DNA of 64,000 nt, from NCBI GenBank assembly GCA_963528475.1, contig CAURVP010000002.1:3187-67186 (forward strand). The letters are read 5' to 3'. The notes beneath the pieces are model-generated. The model made no database searches, was not told the origin of the DNA, and saw nothing but the letters and a program-made list of their open reading frames with translations. The first letter of the stretch is position 1. Each line of letters begins with the position of its first letter. This document shows positions 45,744 to 55,453 of the stretch, one piece after another. Origin of the DNA: an uncultured Candidatus Saccharibacteria bacterium (GTDB lineage Bacteria; Patescibacteriota; Saccharimonadia; Saccharimonadales; Saccharimonadaceae). A program made the position numbers and the translations under genes.

Positions 45744-48272
45744 ATGCAACTACCTCGAGGAAGACAACAACCAGCCCGAATGGGCAGATATGCCAACTTT
45801 GGAGAAGTTCGCCAGTCGAAGCCGCCGCGCCGAAGACGCGAGCATAAACATTTCTTGTGGTTTTGGAATATGAGCAAAAAGAAGAAGGCGATGGTGATCT
45901 TGACGCCGTTTTTGCTGTTTTTGCTGATTGTGCCGATCTTGACATACCTATATTATGCACGTGATATCTCTGACCAAGAGCGGCTGATGAACCGCAACAA
46001 CACTGGTATTGTCCTCAATGATGTCAACAACAAGCCACTCTATAGTGTGGGGCGAGCCCAGCACCGCAATATGGTGAAACTAGCTGACATCTCAGACAGT
46101 ATGAAAAATGCGCTACTGGCTAGTGAGGATAAAGACTTCTATAAACACCCTGGGTTCAGTCTAATTGGTATCTTCCGGGCAGCCTTCCAGCGTCATGGTG
46201 GTGGCTCGACCATCACGCAGCAGCTCGCTAAGAACACCGTCCTCACAAGTGAGCAGACCTTTATGCGTAAGTACCAGGAGCTGTTCGTAGCGCTCGCGAT
46301 CGAGCAGAACTATACGAAGGACCAAATCCTCGAGATGTATCTCAACTCTGTGTACTATGGTGAAGACTCATTTGGTATCGAGGAGGCAGCCAAGATTTAC
46401 TTTGGTAAAGCACCAAAGGACCTCACGTTGGCTGAGAGCGCTATGCTTGTTGGTGTGCTGCCAGCACCAACCGCTTACTCACCAATCAGCGGCAGTCCAG
46501 AATTGGCCAAGCAGCGCCAAAAGACAGTGCTCGGCCGCATGGTTGACGTAGGTGCTATCACTAATGAGCAAAAAGACGCAGCATATGCGCAGCAGCTCTC
46601 GTATGCGTCGACGGCAAATACCGTTAAGTCGATTGCGCCACACTTTGCCCAGATGGTTATAAACCAACTCAAACAGAAACTATACAGTGCGGAAGACAAA
46701 AATGCGTATGATAAGTTAATGCGCTCGGGCTATCAGGTGAAGACAACGCTCAATATGGATACGCAGCAGATGCTGATCGATAATGTCTCCAAGCAGATTC
46801 CATACCTCAACAACCGTGGTGGGACGAATGCGAGCGGTGTTGTGATAGACGTCAAGACAGGTCGAGTACGCGCACTAGTGGGTAGTGCCGACTACAACAA
46901 CCCACAGTGGGGTAATGTCAATATGGCAACAACGCCACGCCAGCCAGGCAGTAGCTTCAAGCCGATCTACTATGCAGGAGCACTAGCCGAGGGGGTTATT
47001 ACACCAGCGACAATTTTCCAAGATAAGCCAACGGACTTTGGCGGTGGCTACCAGCCGCTCAACGCTGACAAACGTTGGCATGGGAGTGTGACGACGCGTC
47101 GAGCAATTAGCTGGTCGCTCAATATCCCGAGCGTGGAGATCATGAAGAAGTTTGGTATTAGTAAGTCGGTTCAAACGGCTAATAATCTTGGTATCTCGTC
47201 GATTACTCAAGCAACAGGTGAGAAGAATGGTTTGTCTCTCGCACTTGGCTCGGGTGAGGCATCGCTAACGCAAATGACTAATGCCTATGCAGCATTTGGC
47301 AACCAAGGGCAGCAATTTGAGCTGGGACTCATCGAGCAGGTTAATGACAAATACAACAAGAAAGTTAGCTGGCCCAACGCAACAAGCAAGCGGGCAATTA
47401 GCGAAGGTGGTGCCTACTTGATCTCAAATATTTTGTCCGATAATTCGGCACGAGCGAGCGTATTTGGTTCAACCCTCACAGTGCCTGGCCATACTGCGGC
47501 TGTCAAGACAGGGACGACGAATGATAACAAAGATGCGTGGACGATTGGCTATAACCCAGAGTATGCCGTTGGCGTTTGGGTTGGTAATAATGACAATACA
47601 CCAATGAAAAATGGTGGCTCAGACATGGCAGGACCAATCTGGCGCAACACAATGACGAAACTCTTGGCGGGCCAGTCGAATACCCAATTCCCTGTGCCAA
47701 GTGGTGTTGTGCAGCGCTCGGTCTGTACGAGCGACGGTGGCCTGGCTACTACCGAGAATGCCAAGGGGACGTACAAAGAATACTTCCTAACTGGCGCGTT
47801 GCCAACTAAGCAGTGTAATGTTGTGCGCACCAAGATCGAAGTTTGTAACCTCAGTGATAAAAAGATGGAGTCTATCTACGAAGATGACTTCGACAGCACG
47901 AAGTACTCAAAGAATAGTTCAGACTGCTCCACGACGAAACAGCAAATCCGTGTCTGTGACGTTGAGCAAAAGCGCATCATTACCATCGATGAAAAAGACT
48001 TTGACAGCAGTCGTTACTCAAAGAACATCGCAAGCTGCCGATCGTCAAGTAGTAGAGGAAGCTCTGGCAGTACAAGCGACGACAGCGATAATAGCTCAAC
48101 TATCAACGGTAATACTCGCCGCCGCAATAATACCGGCAACAGTGGTAACACTGGTGGTACGAGTGGTGATAGTTCTGGTACCGGTGGTACAAGCGATGAT
48201 GATAGCTCTGGGCAGAATAACCAGAACAATACTGGTGGCAATAACAATAACTTCTTCAGGACTAACTTTTAG
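45744..48272 (+). CDS. Class A penicillin-binding protein (PBP1A-type transglycosylase/transpeptidase) with an unusual C-terminal extension
   Basis: EDKDFYKHPG and GGSTITQQLAKN form the GT51 part. SSFK, SWSLN and KTGTT form the transpeptidase part. TGgTATAAT (45729-45737) lies 6 nt before ATG 45744. An alternative start is ATG 45870 (MSKKKK). Confidence 0.9.
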   Translation: MQLPRGRQQPARMGRYANFGEVRQSKPPRRRREHKHFLWFWNMSKKKKAMVILTPFLLFLLIVPILTYLYYARDISDQERLMNRNNTGIVLNDVNNKPLYSVGRAQHRNMVKLADISDSMKNALLASEDKDFYKHPGFSLIGIFRAAFQRHGGGSTITQQLAKNTVLTSEQTFMRKYQELFVALAIEQNYTKDQILEMYLNSVYYGEDSFGIEEAAKIYFGKAPKDLTLAESAMLVGVLPAPTAYSPISGSPELAKQRQKTVLGRMVDVGAITNEQKDAAYAQQLSYASTANTVKSIAPHFAQMVINQLKQKLYSAEDKNAYDKLMRSGYQVKTTLNMDTQQMLIDNVSKQIPYLNNRGGTNASGVVIDVKTGRVRALVGSADYNNPQWGNVNMATTPRQPGSSFKPIYYAGALAEGVITPATIFQDKPTDFGGGYQPLNADKRWHGSVTTRRAISWSLNIPSVEIMKKFGISKSVQTANNLGISSITQATGEKNGLSLALGSGEASLTQMTNAYAAFGNQGQQFELGLIEQVNDKYNKKVSWPNATSKRAISEGGAYLISNILSDNSARASVFGSTLTVPGHTAAVKTGTTNDNKDAWTIGYNPEYAVGVWVGNNDNTPMKNGGSDMAGPIWRNTMTKLLAGQSNTQFPVPSGVVQRSVCTSDGGLATTENAKGTYKEYFLTGALPTKQCNVVRTKIEVCNLSDKKMESIYEDDFDSTKYSKNSSDCSTTKQQIRVCDVEQKRIITIDEKDFDSSRYSKNIASCRSSSSRGSSGSTSDDSDNSSTINGNTRRRNNTGNSGNTGGTSGDSSGTGGTSDDDSSGQNNQNNTGGNNNNFFRTNF
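47832..48038 (+). repeat. Two about 35-aa Cys-bracketed repeats in the PBP1A C-terminal extension
   Basis: KIEVCNLSDKKMESIYEDDFDSTKYSKNSSDC and QIRVCDVEQKRIITIDEKDFDSSRYSKNIASC. They are followed by an S/G/N/T/D low-complexity tail (48039-48269). Confidence 0.8.
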
Positions 48273-48290
48273 TGCTTTGAGGAGGCGCGG

Positions 48291-48866
48291 ATGATTGCTC
48301 ATATTGCTGGCCAAGTTGATGAGAAGTTTGCGGGTAGTGTCATCATTGATGTGCAGGGGGTTGGCTATGAGATAGCGGTCGCAGCGCATGATTATGATGC
48401 GATGCAGCTTGGTGAGACAGTCAAGCTCTATACATACCACCATATCCGAGAGCAAGCTCAGGAACTGTTTGGCTTTTCGTCACGGGCGGCCAAGAAACTG
48501 TTTGAGCTGCTCATCACAGTGCAAGGCGTAGGCCCCAAGGCGGCACTGGCTATCCTCAGCCTTGGTGAGGCTGAGCAGGTGCGTAATGCCTTAGCCAATG
48601 CCGATGCGGCCTTTATCCAAAAAGCTAGTGGGGTAGGCAAAAAGACTGCTGAGCGCGTGGTGGTAGACCTGCGAGATAAGGTGGGCGTGCCAACGTACTA
48701 TGCTGCTCACGACGCGCCTGTGCAGGCAGAGCTTGATACAAACGACGAAGCACTCGAAGCGTTGGTTGCGCTAGGCTATACACTGGCAGATGCCACCAAA
48801 GCACTTGCTCATATCGATACGAGTTTACCCACAGCGCAGCGAGTGACAATGGCTTTGAAGCAGTAA
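48291..48866 (+). CDS. ruvA: Holliday junction DNA helicase subunit RuvA
   Basis: MIAHIAGQV, HhH motifs GVGPKAALAIL and GVGKKTAERVV, and a C-terminal domain III. SD gaggagg is present. Confidence 0.9.
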   Translation: MIAHIAGQVDEKFAGSVIIDVQGVGYEIAVAAHDYDAMQLGETVKLYTYHHIREQAQELFGFSSRAAKKLFELLITVQGVGPKAALAILSLGEAEQVRNALANADAAFIQKASGVGKKTAERVVVDLRDKVGVPTYYAAHDAPVQAELDTNDEALEALVALGYTLADATKALAHIDTSLPTAQRVTMALKQ

Positions 48867-49174
48867 GCCACATTGATATCAACAGAGGATAGTGTTGTAA
48901 ATTGCCAAAACTCTTGGTGATGAAGAGGTATTTCTTGTGTTAAACAAGTAAAACGTTATTTTCTTGGGCTAATATCTTCTCCTGTAATTCTTTTTGGGGA
49001 GTCAATTATCTTTCTTAAAATACCAATCTCCGAGTATTAGAACCAAACCTTGCTATTATACAAAGGGATCATACTCTATCAAGAAAATAGTGAGAAGTGT
49101 AATAGTTGCTGAGGATTTGGCATAATATCAGCAACTTGACATACTGACAACAGTGGAATACGATAGTAGCTATT

Positions 49175-49831
49175 ATGAATAGCACCCCTTTATTGTCAGC
49201 TACAGTGCGGCGTGCTCGTCAGGCTTATCCATCGCTACCGTACCATAATGTACAACATATGGATGATGTAGTGAGAATGACAAAAGAGTTTATTGCCCTT
49301 ATCCCGCAGCATGTATTTTCGGTCGAGCAGCATGAACTTCTCGTTATAGCAGCGGCCTGGCATGATGCTGGTTACAACCATACTGCAGCCAACGAATACT
49401 GGTGCAAAGAGGCATACTCGATTGCATTGTTTGTACAAGACAGCCAAAGAGAAGGGCTTGAGCTAGATAGCGAGGCCTATGCCTTTGTGGAGCGAGCAAT
49501 TCTTGGCACGATTGTCGTACCGCCACTGCAGCGCAGCACCCTTGAGGCTAAGTTGCTTCATTTGGCTGACATCGGGTTTCTCTTTGCAGATTGGCAGACA
49601 TTTTGGCGGGGGAGTATGAATTATCGGGTAGAGGAGCAACCAGATACTCCATGGGTAGAGTTTTTGCAGAGGCAGCAGCGCTTCTTTGCAATGTGTTTAG
49701 CAGAGATGCAGACGGATGGTTTGTTATTAGGTATTGCTCCATCTGTTATTAGCCAGTATTGCGCGGCACTGCAGCAGCATATGGAGCAATTTGCGCGTAT
49801 GCCAGAGCCAGTAGATCATACTGCACAATAA
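49175..49831 (+). CDS. HD-like predicted phosphohydrolase (paralog A)
   Basis: LPYHNVQHMDDV ... AAAWHDAGY (H...HD pattern). Clear paralog of 50583-51320. Confidence 0.5.
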   Translation: MNSTPLLSATVRRARQAYPSLPYHNVQHMDDVVRMTKEFIALIPQHVFSVEQHELLVIAAAWHDAGYNHTAANEYWCKEAYSIALFVQDSQREGLELDSEAYAFVERAILGTIVVPPLQRSTLEAKLLHLADIGFLFADWQTFWRGSMNYRVEEQPDTPWVEFLQRQQRFFAMCLAEMQTDGLLLGIAPSVISQYCAALQQHMEQFARMPEPVDHTAQ

Positions 49832-49882
49832 TATTTCATGTAGTAGTAACAATGCAAAAAATATGAGATACTAGCACATAGT

Positions 49883-50452
49883 GTGAAAAATCCTGAGCAG
49901 AAAAATTCGGAGAAGCCTGATGTGCAACACGTGTCTCGCCTAAGAGAAGTGGCGAGTGTGGGGCTGACGGCCCTGCGCTATGGTGGCGTAGAATATATTG
50001 CCCGGCAGGCGCGTGACGGTAAGCCGATTGGGCTCTCACTTGCAGCTTTTATGGCAGCTGATGTTGCTGATGGGCAAATTCTTGACGATACGCCTCTGCG
50101 CCGTGTAACTGATGGTGTGGTGGACACAGCTGCTGTAGTACGCGTGATGTATGAGCTAGGCAAGCGCTATCCTGAGGCGCGAGCGGGGATTGCCGCCGTT
50201 GCCCTTGGGCAGGCAGCAACTGGCGCAGCCAATGCCTACCACCTGGCAAAAACTGGTGAGGTGACCAAGGGTGGGCGCTACAAACGAGCCGCTAATATCG
50301 CTACGGCGGCTTTTGCCATTGTAGCGGCACGTGGTAACCCTGGGTGGACGCGCTTCGCAGGCGGTATAGCGGCTGGCATTGTTGCAGCTACAACAGTACC
50401 GCACTTACGTGGAATTGGCAAGCCGACTGGTAAGCAAGTTCGTCGATTGTAA
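49883..50452 (+). CDS. Ala/Gly-rich hypothetical protein
   Basis: GTG start 10 nt after TGaGATACT. 189 aa and locally GC-rich. Only a partial DxxDG motif is present, so no family is assigned. Confidence 0.4.
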   Translation: MKNPEQKNSEKPDVQHVSRLREVASVGLTALRYGGVEYIARQARDGKPIGLSLAAFMAADVADGQILDDTPLRRVTDGVVDTAAVVRVMYELGKRYPEARAGIAAVALGQAATGAANAYHLAKTGEVTKGGRYKRAANIATAAFAIVAARGNPGWTRFAGGIAAGIVAATTVPHLRGIGKPTGKQVRRL

Positions 50453-50544
50453 TAAGCATGGGCGAGAGTTTAGATTATATTTTGCCTACGTTTCAAGCTT
50501 GGTTGAGTACTATTGTGAATCTATTGAGGACTAGCCCCCCTCTG

Positions 50545-50573
50545 TTGACAATAGATAGAATGGCTTGTATAAT
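50545..50573 (+). promoter_or_regulatory. Consensus promoter TTGACA-N17-TATAAT (HD-like paralog B)
   Basis: -35 at 50545-50550 and -10 at 50568-50573. ATG 50583 lies 9 nt downstream. Confidence 0.6.
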
Positions 50574-50582
50574 GGTGAAATT

Positions 50583-51320
50583 ATGTGTAATAAAAACCAC
50601 TACCTTGGGTCTGCTCCTGAGCTTAAGACGAAGAAAGACCCAGAGCATTATAACGATGCTTTTTGTAAGTCGGCAGATCGTGCCTGTAAGCGCTACCCCC
50701 AGCTACCTTACCATCACCCTGGACACATGAAAGATGTAATGCAAGCAGTTAGCGAGCTTGTGGAGCTTTTGCCTGGTGATGGCTATCGGCGGGTGATCGG
50801 CCCATGGCAAGAATCCTTGCTTGTATTAGCAGCAGCCTGGCATGATGCTGGTTTTGATGAAAAGGCAGCTCAAGAATATCCGACAAAAGAAGAATATGCA
50901 AGTGCACTACTACTAAAAGACATAGAGGATAACGGGATTGAACTAGACGATAGCGATAAGGCTTTTCTCGATCGAGCTATCAAGGGTACAATTATGGTGC
51001 CCGCACTCCAGCAACGTGATACGCCCGAGGCGAAACTGCTCCATTACGCTGATATGGCCTATATGACAGCTGACTGGGAGACATTCTGGCGCGGTGCTGA
51101 GGCATTTCACGATGAGGAGCACCCGGACATGTCCTGGGAAAAATTCCAGCAGTTTGAGGAAGATTTCTTGCCAAAATATAAGGAGTCATTGAGGAATGAC
51201 TTTCAATCACTTGGCATTGCTGAGGACGAAATCCAAAAACGATTGGATACCCTTGAATCTCATCGTAAGCGCATTATGGAAATGAGCAACCCATGGCTTA
51301 AGCGACAGGATAATCAGTAA
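50583..51320 (+). CDS. HD-like predicted phosphohydrolase (paralog B)
   Basis: LPYHHPGHMKDV ... AAAWHDAGF ... AKLLHYADMAYMTADWETFWRG. Start moved to ATG 50583 because a TTGACA-N17-TATAAT promoter (50545-50573) overlaps the longer ORF. Confidence 0.5.
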   Translation: MCNKNHYLGSAPELKTKKDPEHYNDAFCKSADRACKRYPQLPYHHPGHMKDVMQAVSELVELLPGDGYRRVIGPWQESLLVLAAAWHDAGFDEKAAQEYPTKEEYASALLLKDIEDNGIELDDSDKAFLDRAIKGTIMVPALQQRDTPEAKLLHYADMAYMTADWETFWRGAEAFHDEEHPDMSWEKFQQFEEDFLPKYKESLRNDFQSLGIAEDEIQKRLDTLESHRKRIMEMSNPWLKRQDNQ

Positions 51321-51373
51321 TGACAAGCATTATCTTCTCCTCTATAATAGAGCAAGAGAAGGAGGTGATAAAA

Positions 51374-51841
51374 ATGAAAAACTGTGACATTTGCCCATTC
51401 GTGGCAGAACAAACAATTGATGACCCGGCGGTGGTCATGCAAACCGATCGATGGAATGTGGTGCTCGATCGCAATCAGCTATATCTTGGCAAGGGGTTTG
51501 TGACGCTACGTGAACATAAGTCGTCGCTTGGTGAGCTCGATGAGACCGATTGGCGCGAGCTCCACATAGTGATCCGCAGCATGGAGCACGCAATTACCCA
51601 GGCATTTGGTGCAGACGTGTGCAACTGGGAATGCCTGATGAACAATGCCGTCAAGGCCGGACAGTCGACCCATGTGCACTGGCACCTCTACCCACGCTAT
51701 GCTAATGGTACGCACTTTGCGGGGGAGGAATTTCCTGACCCAAAGTGGCCACGGCACCTAGAGAGTGGTGAGCACCGTGTGAGTGAGGAGCTATTTGGCA
51801 AGATTGTCCGAGCGGTACAAGAGAACTTACCGCAGTCTTAA
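51374..51841 (+). CDS. HIT family hydrolase
   Basis: Start at MKNCDICPF after SD ggagg. Histidine triad HVHWHLYPR. Confidence 0.8.
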   Translation: MKNCDICPFVAEQTIDDPAVVMQTDRWNVVLDRNQLYLGKGFVTLREHKSSLGELDETDWRELHIVIRSMEHAITQAFGADVCNWECLMNNAVKAGQSTHVHWHLYPRYANGTHFAGEEFPDPKWPRHLESGEHRVSEELFGKIVRAVQENLPQS

Positions 51842-51918
51842 GGCGACCAGCGGAAGTAATATAGGATACCTTTTATCTTCGTAAAAAATCGCATAGATAA
51901 TTTATCATGCATCACCAA

Positions 51919-51927
51919 TGCTATAAT
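51919..51927 (+). promoter_or_regulatory. Extended -10 box TGcTATAAT, 6 nt before ruvB ATG 51934
   Basis: Read directly from the sequence. Confidence 0.5.
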
Positions 51928-51933
51928 AAACCT

Positions 51934-52941
51934 ATGGCGATAGAACGAATTGTTGATACCAGTAGCCACGCGGATGATAGCGAGGAGCAGCGCATTGAGG
52001 TGACGCTGCGACCACAGCGCTTTGCAGAGTATGTGGGGCAGGAGCGACTGAAGAAGAATTTGCAGTTGGCAATTACGGCAGCCAAGAAGCGTGGTGAGCC
52101 AATCGACCATGTTTTGCTCTATGGCCCACCTGGCCTTGGCAAGACGACGATGGCGGCGGTGATTGCCAATGAGATGGGGGCTGGCTTGCGAGTCACCAGT
52201 GGCCCGGCAATCGAGAAAGCGGGCGATTTAGCATCGATCTTGACCAATCTTAACGATGGCGATGTGTTGTTTATCGATGAAATCCACCGCTTGGGGCGAG
52301 CTGTGGAAGAGATCTTATACTCGGCGATGGAGGATTTTAAGCTCGATATTGTCATCGGCAAAGGACCAGCGGCCCGCAGTGTCCGGCTTGACCTACCGCG
52401 CTTTACGGTAATTGGCGCGACGACACGGACAGGGAGTCTTGCAGCGCCACTGCGCGACCGATTTGGGCATATCTATCGTTTGGAATTTTACACTCCAGAG
52501 GAGATCGCACAGATCATCACGCGGGCAGCGACTATCCTCGAGACGCGCATCAAGCCAGAGGCGTCGCGATTACTCTCCACGAGGGCGCGTCTCACGCCAC
52601 GGATTGCCAACCGCTTGCTTAAGCGGGTGCGTGACTATGCGGATGTAAACGGTGATGGTATTATTGATGTAACAACAACAACACAGGCGCTAACCCTGCT
52701 GGAAGTTGACGAGCTTGGCCTCGACCCAGCCGACCGTAACCTGCTGCTCTCGATGCTCGATACCTATGGCGATAGCCCGGTTGGCCTGACGACAATTGCT
52801 GCTCTGACAGGTGATGAAACAACGACGATCGAAGACTTCTATGAGCCATATCTCCTGCAGATTGGTTTTATAGAGCGAACGCCGCGAGGCCGGCGGGTGA
52901 CACCACGAGCACGACAGCATCTTGGCCGCGCAATGGAGTAA
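51934..52941 (+). CDS. ruvB: Holliday junction DNA helicase RuvB
   Basis: GPPGLGKTT (Walker A) and [10 protein letters not shown] (Walker B). Start at ATG 51934, 6 nt after TGcTATAAT (51919-51927). Confidence 0.95.
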   Translation: MAIERIVDTSSHADDSEEQRIEVTLRPQRFAEYVGQERLKKNLQLAITAAKKRGEPIDHVLLYGPPGLGKTTMAAVIANEMGAGLRVTSGPAIEKAGDLASILTNLNDGDVLFIDEIHRLGRAVEEILYSAMEDFKLDIVIGKGPAARSVRLDLPRFTVIGATTRTGSLAAPLRDRFGHIYRLEFYTPEEIAQIITRAATILETRIKPEASRLLSTRARLTPRIANRLLKRVRDYADVNGDGIIDVTTTTQALTLLEVDELGLDPADRNLLLSMLDTYGDSPVGLTTIAALTGDETTTIEDFYEPYLLQIGFIERTPRGRRVTPRARQHLGRAME

Positions 52942-52968
52942 GAGGCATGGGGTGATGAGCCCAAGATA

Positions 52969-52977
52969 TGCTACAAT
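52969..52977 (+). promoter_or_regulatory. Extended -10 box TGcTACAAT, 6 nt before ATG 52984
   Basis: Read directly from the sequence. Confidence 0.45.
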
Positions 52978-52983
52978 ATACCC

Positions 52984-53748
52984 ATGAATTCACAACGATT
53001 GCAACGCAATGATCCACCACGGCCCGTCGCCTATGATGTCGATGGCAACCCACTCTACGCCGAGCCGCCTACGGCACCACGCGCGAGCAGCACACTCTAT
53101 GATGTGAGCGGCAAAGAAGGTGCTCCTCACTACCATGCGCCGCGCCCAGAAGCGAACCTGCCACGGATGTCATCAGAAGTGCGCCGCCGCCATGATGAAT
53201 CAGTTATGGCCTTCCCGAATCTCAATCTGAGCGAGCAAGAATACATCATTAGTGTGGTGCGTCGCCACCCGATTGGTATGCTGCCAGCGATTGTTATGTC
53301 GACCTTGATGACAAGCATTGTCTTAGCACTGATGTTTAATTACGACTATATTTTTGACCTCCTCCACCTGCCAGCTTCTGCTTCTGGGTCATTTATGTTG
53401 CTGTGTATGGCGCTCATCTTGGCCTTTGTTCTTGGTGGCTATGTGTCGGTCTGGGTTTATACGCGCAATATGTTTTACCTAACAAATGAGAGTGTTATCC
53501 AGGAGATCCAGACGAGTATTTTTTCACACACCGAGCAAACGGTTAGCTTAATGAATATTGAAGATGCCAGCTACAACCAGCGTGGTGTCCTCCAAGCAAT
53601 GTTTAATTATGGCTCAATTCGCCTTAGTACGGAGGGTGACGAGACGACTTATCGCTTCTCATTCGTAGCTAACCCCAAGCAAGAAATCGCGACACTTAAT
53701 AACGCAGTAGAGGACTTCAAGAACGGCCGGCCAGTGGCAAATGACTAA
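52984..53748 (+). CDS. Membrane protein with bacterial PH (YdbS/YdbT-like) domain
   Basis: EQEYIISVVRRHPIG is followed by two TM helices, then a beta-rich domain. TGcTACAAT (52969-52977) lies 6 nt before the ATG. Confidence 0.55.
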   Translation: MNSQRLQRNDPPRPVAYDVDGNPLYAEPPTAPRASSTLYDVSGKEGAPHYHAPRPEANLPRMSSEVRRRHDESVMAFPNLNLSEQEYIISVVRRHPIGMLPAIVMSTLMTSIVLALMFNYDYIFDLLHLPASASGSFMLLCMALILAFVLGGYVSVWVYTRNMFYLTNESVIQEIQTSIFSHTEQTVSLMNIEDASYNQRGVLQAMFNYGSIRLSTEGDETTYRFSFVANPKQEIATLNNAVEDFKNGRPVAND

Positions 53749-53766
53749 TGTGAGCAGCGTTGATGA

Positions 53767-53801
53767 TAAAAAACACCGAGCAGATAAGGCTCGGTGTTTT
53801 T
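53767..53801. terminator. Bidirectional terminator between the PH-domain gene and the pilin gene
   Basis: An A-tract, ACACCGAGC (53773-53781), 7-nt loop, GCTCGGTGT (53789-53797), then TTTT. Confidence 0.75.
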
Positions 53802-53822
53802 GCATATCTATCCAATAGAGAT

Positions 53823-54221
53823 TTAGGTATTATTGCGGTTGGTCTTGGTGTAGTCTGCCTCACGCTCTAAGTTGGCGGTGAGTTTGTAGCCTTTACACTG
53901 GTTGTCGGTGGTGCAGTCGGTGCCACTGTAGTGGTAGCTAGACTGGGCGCTGCCAAGCTTGTGGCCATTTGGATCGGTAAAGAGCGATGGGTCAACCGAG
54001 CGCAGTGTCTTGCTATCGATCGTGTTAGGGTAGTGGTTATTTTTCTCAAAATACACTTCTTCCAGGCTATAGTACATTGCGTTAATGGCAGTTTTGCGCT
54101 GATTGTCGCGCTGCGTTGCTTCGGTTGCGATTTTCTCGCTGAAAAAGAGCCAGCTGCCCGTTGCAAGGAGAGCGATCACAACGATGAGCTCAATAACGGT
54201 AAATCCTTTACGTGCCTTCAT
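53823..54221 (-). CDS. Type IV pilin / pseudopilin (prepilin N-terminal methylation motif)
   Basis: MKARKGFTVIELIVVIALLA (G/FTxxE class III signal). 132 aa, with paired Cys near the C-terminus. Confidence 0.8.
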   Translation of the reverse strand: MKARKGFTVIELIVVIALLATGSWLFFSEKIATEATQRDNQRKTAINAMYYSLEEVYFEKNNHYPNTIDSKTLRSVDPSLFTDPNGHKLGSAQSSYHYSGTDCTTDNQCKGYKLTANLEREADYTKTNRNNT

Positions 54222-54392
54222 GGTGTTATTATAGCATGTCTACCACGAAAATTTCTTTAGAAGATTGTTGCTGTTTCGTACTCCACATTGATAGAGCAGT
54301 GGAAGCTGGAGGCTAATAAAAATAAATAAATCGGTGATATTGATTCTTCGTAAATACAAACTAATCTCCACGCGGACAACGGCAAGAGATTC

Positions 54393-54401
54393 TGGTATAA
54401 T
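54393..54401 (+). promoter_or_regulatory. Extended -10 box TGgTATAAT of recA
   Basis: 24 nt upstream of ATG 54426, with SD aaggagag in between. Confidence 0.55.
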
Positions 54402-54425
54402 AAATTCTTGAAGGAGAGGGGACGT

Positions 54426-55451
54426 ATGACCAAACAATCGAATACGACACAAACCACAGACGACGGCAAGCTCAAAGCGCTTGGCCTCGCGATGGATCAG
54501 ATTACAAAACAATTTGGCGATGGTGCCATTATGAAGCTTGGTGAATTCCATCAGGCAGATGTAGCGGTGATTCCGTCTGGCTCGCTGAGCCTCGATCTTG
54601 CGCTGGGCGGCGGCTACCCCAAGGGGCGCATTATCGAGATTTATGGGCCAGAGAGTAGCGGTAAGACGACGCTGACGCTGCATGCTATTGCTGAGATTCA
54701 GAAGCAGGGTGGCACAGCGGCCTTTGTTGATGCCGAGCATGCGCTCGACCCGAGCTATGCCAAGAAGCTTGGTGTCGATACAGACAACCTTTTGGTGTCG
54801 CAGCCAGATAATGGTGAGCAAGCACTGGAGATTACGGAGACGCTGGTGCGGTCGAACGCCGTTGACCTTATTGTCGTAGACTCGGTGGCAGCACTAACAC
54901 CTCAGGCTGAGATTGATGGTGATATGGGTGACTCGCATATGGGTCTCCAGGCTCGCTTGATGAGCCAAGCACTGCGTAAGTTAACGGGGATTATCAACAA
55001 GAGCAAAGCAACTGTCATTTTCATCAACCAGATCCGCATGAAAATCGGCGTAATGTTTGGCAACCCCGAGACGACAACTGGTGGTAATGCGCTCAAGTTC
55101 TATGCCTCGCAGCGGGTGGATATCCGCCGCATCGGGCAGATCAAAGTGGGTGATGACATTCGCGGTAACCGGACGAAGGTAAAGGTGGTGAAGAACAAGA
55201 TTGCGCCGCCCTTCCGCGTTGCTGAGTTTGATATCATGTACAACGAAGGCATTTCCAAGACAGGGGATATTCTCGACCTAGCGGTGCAGCATGGCATTGT
55301 TGATAAGTCTGGCGCTTTCTTCAAATACGGTGGCGAGACAATTGGTCAAGGCCGCGACAAGACTAAAGAGTATCTCAAAGAGCATGCCGATACCTTGGCT
55401 GAAATTGATAGTAAAGTTCGTGAGGCAGTGAAGGCAGCGGAAGAAGCGTAG
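54426..55451 (+). CDS. recA: Recombinase RecA
   Basis: GPESSGKTT Walker A and a full-length RecA pattern. Start at MTKQSN after SD aaggagag. TGgTATAAT lies at 54393-54401. Confidence 0.97.
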   Translation: MTKQSNTTQTTDDGKLKALGLAMDQITKQFGDGAIMKLGEFHQADVAVIPSGSLSLDLALGGGYPKGRIIEIYGPESSGKTTLTLHAIAEIQKQGGTAAFVDAEHALDPSYAKKLGVDTDNLLVSQPDNGEQALEITETLVRSNAVDLIVVDSVAALTPQAEIDGDMGDSHMGLQARLMSQALRKLTGIINKSKATVIFINQIRMKIGVMFGNPETTTGGNALKFYASQRVDIRRIGQIKVGDDIRGNRTKVKVVKNKIAPPFRVAEFDIMYNEGISKTGDILDLAVQHGIVDKSGAFFKYGGETIGQGRDKTKEYLKEHADTLAEIDSKVREAVKAAEEA

Positions 55452-55453
55452 CG

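Noticed and set aside
49883-50452. CDP-alcohol phosphatidyltransferase assignment for the Ala-rich ORF (DVADG resembles DxxDG)
   Set aside because: The rest of the signature (xxAR…G-x3-D-x3-D) is absent, and the protein lacks clearly hydrophobic TM helices.
54222-54425. SOS/LexA operator upstream of recA
   Set aside because: I scanned by eye for GAAC-N4-GTTC and CTGT-N8-ACAG type palindromes. I found only a weak TCCAC-N12-GTGGA inverted repeat, which is not convincing without a genome-wide motif.
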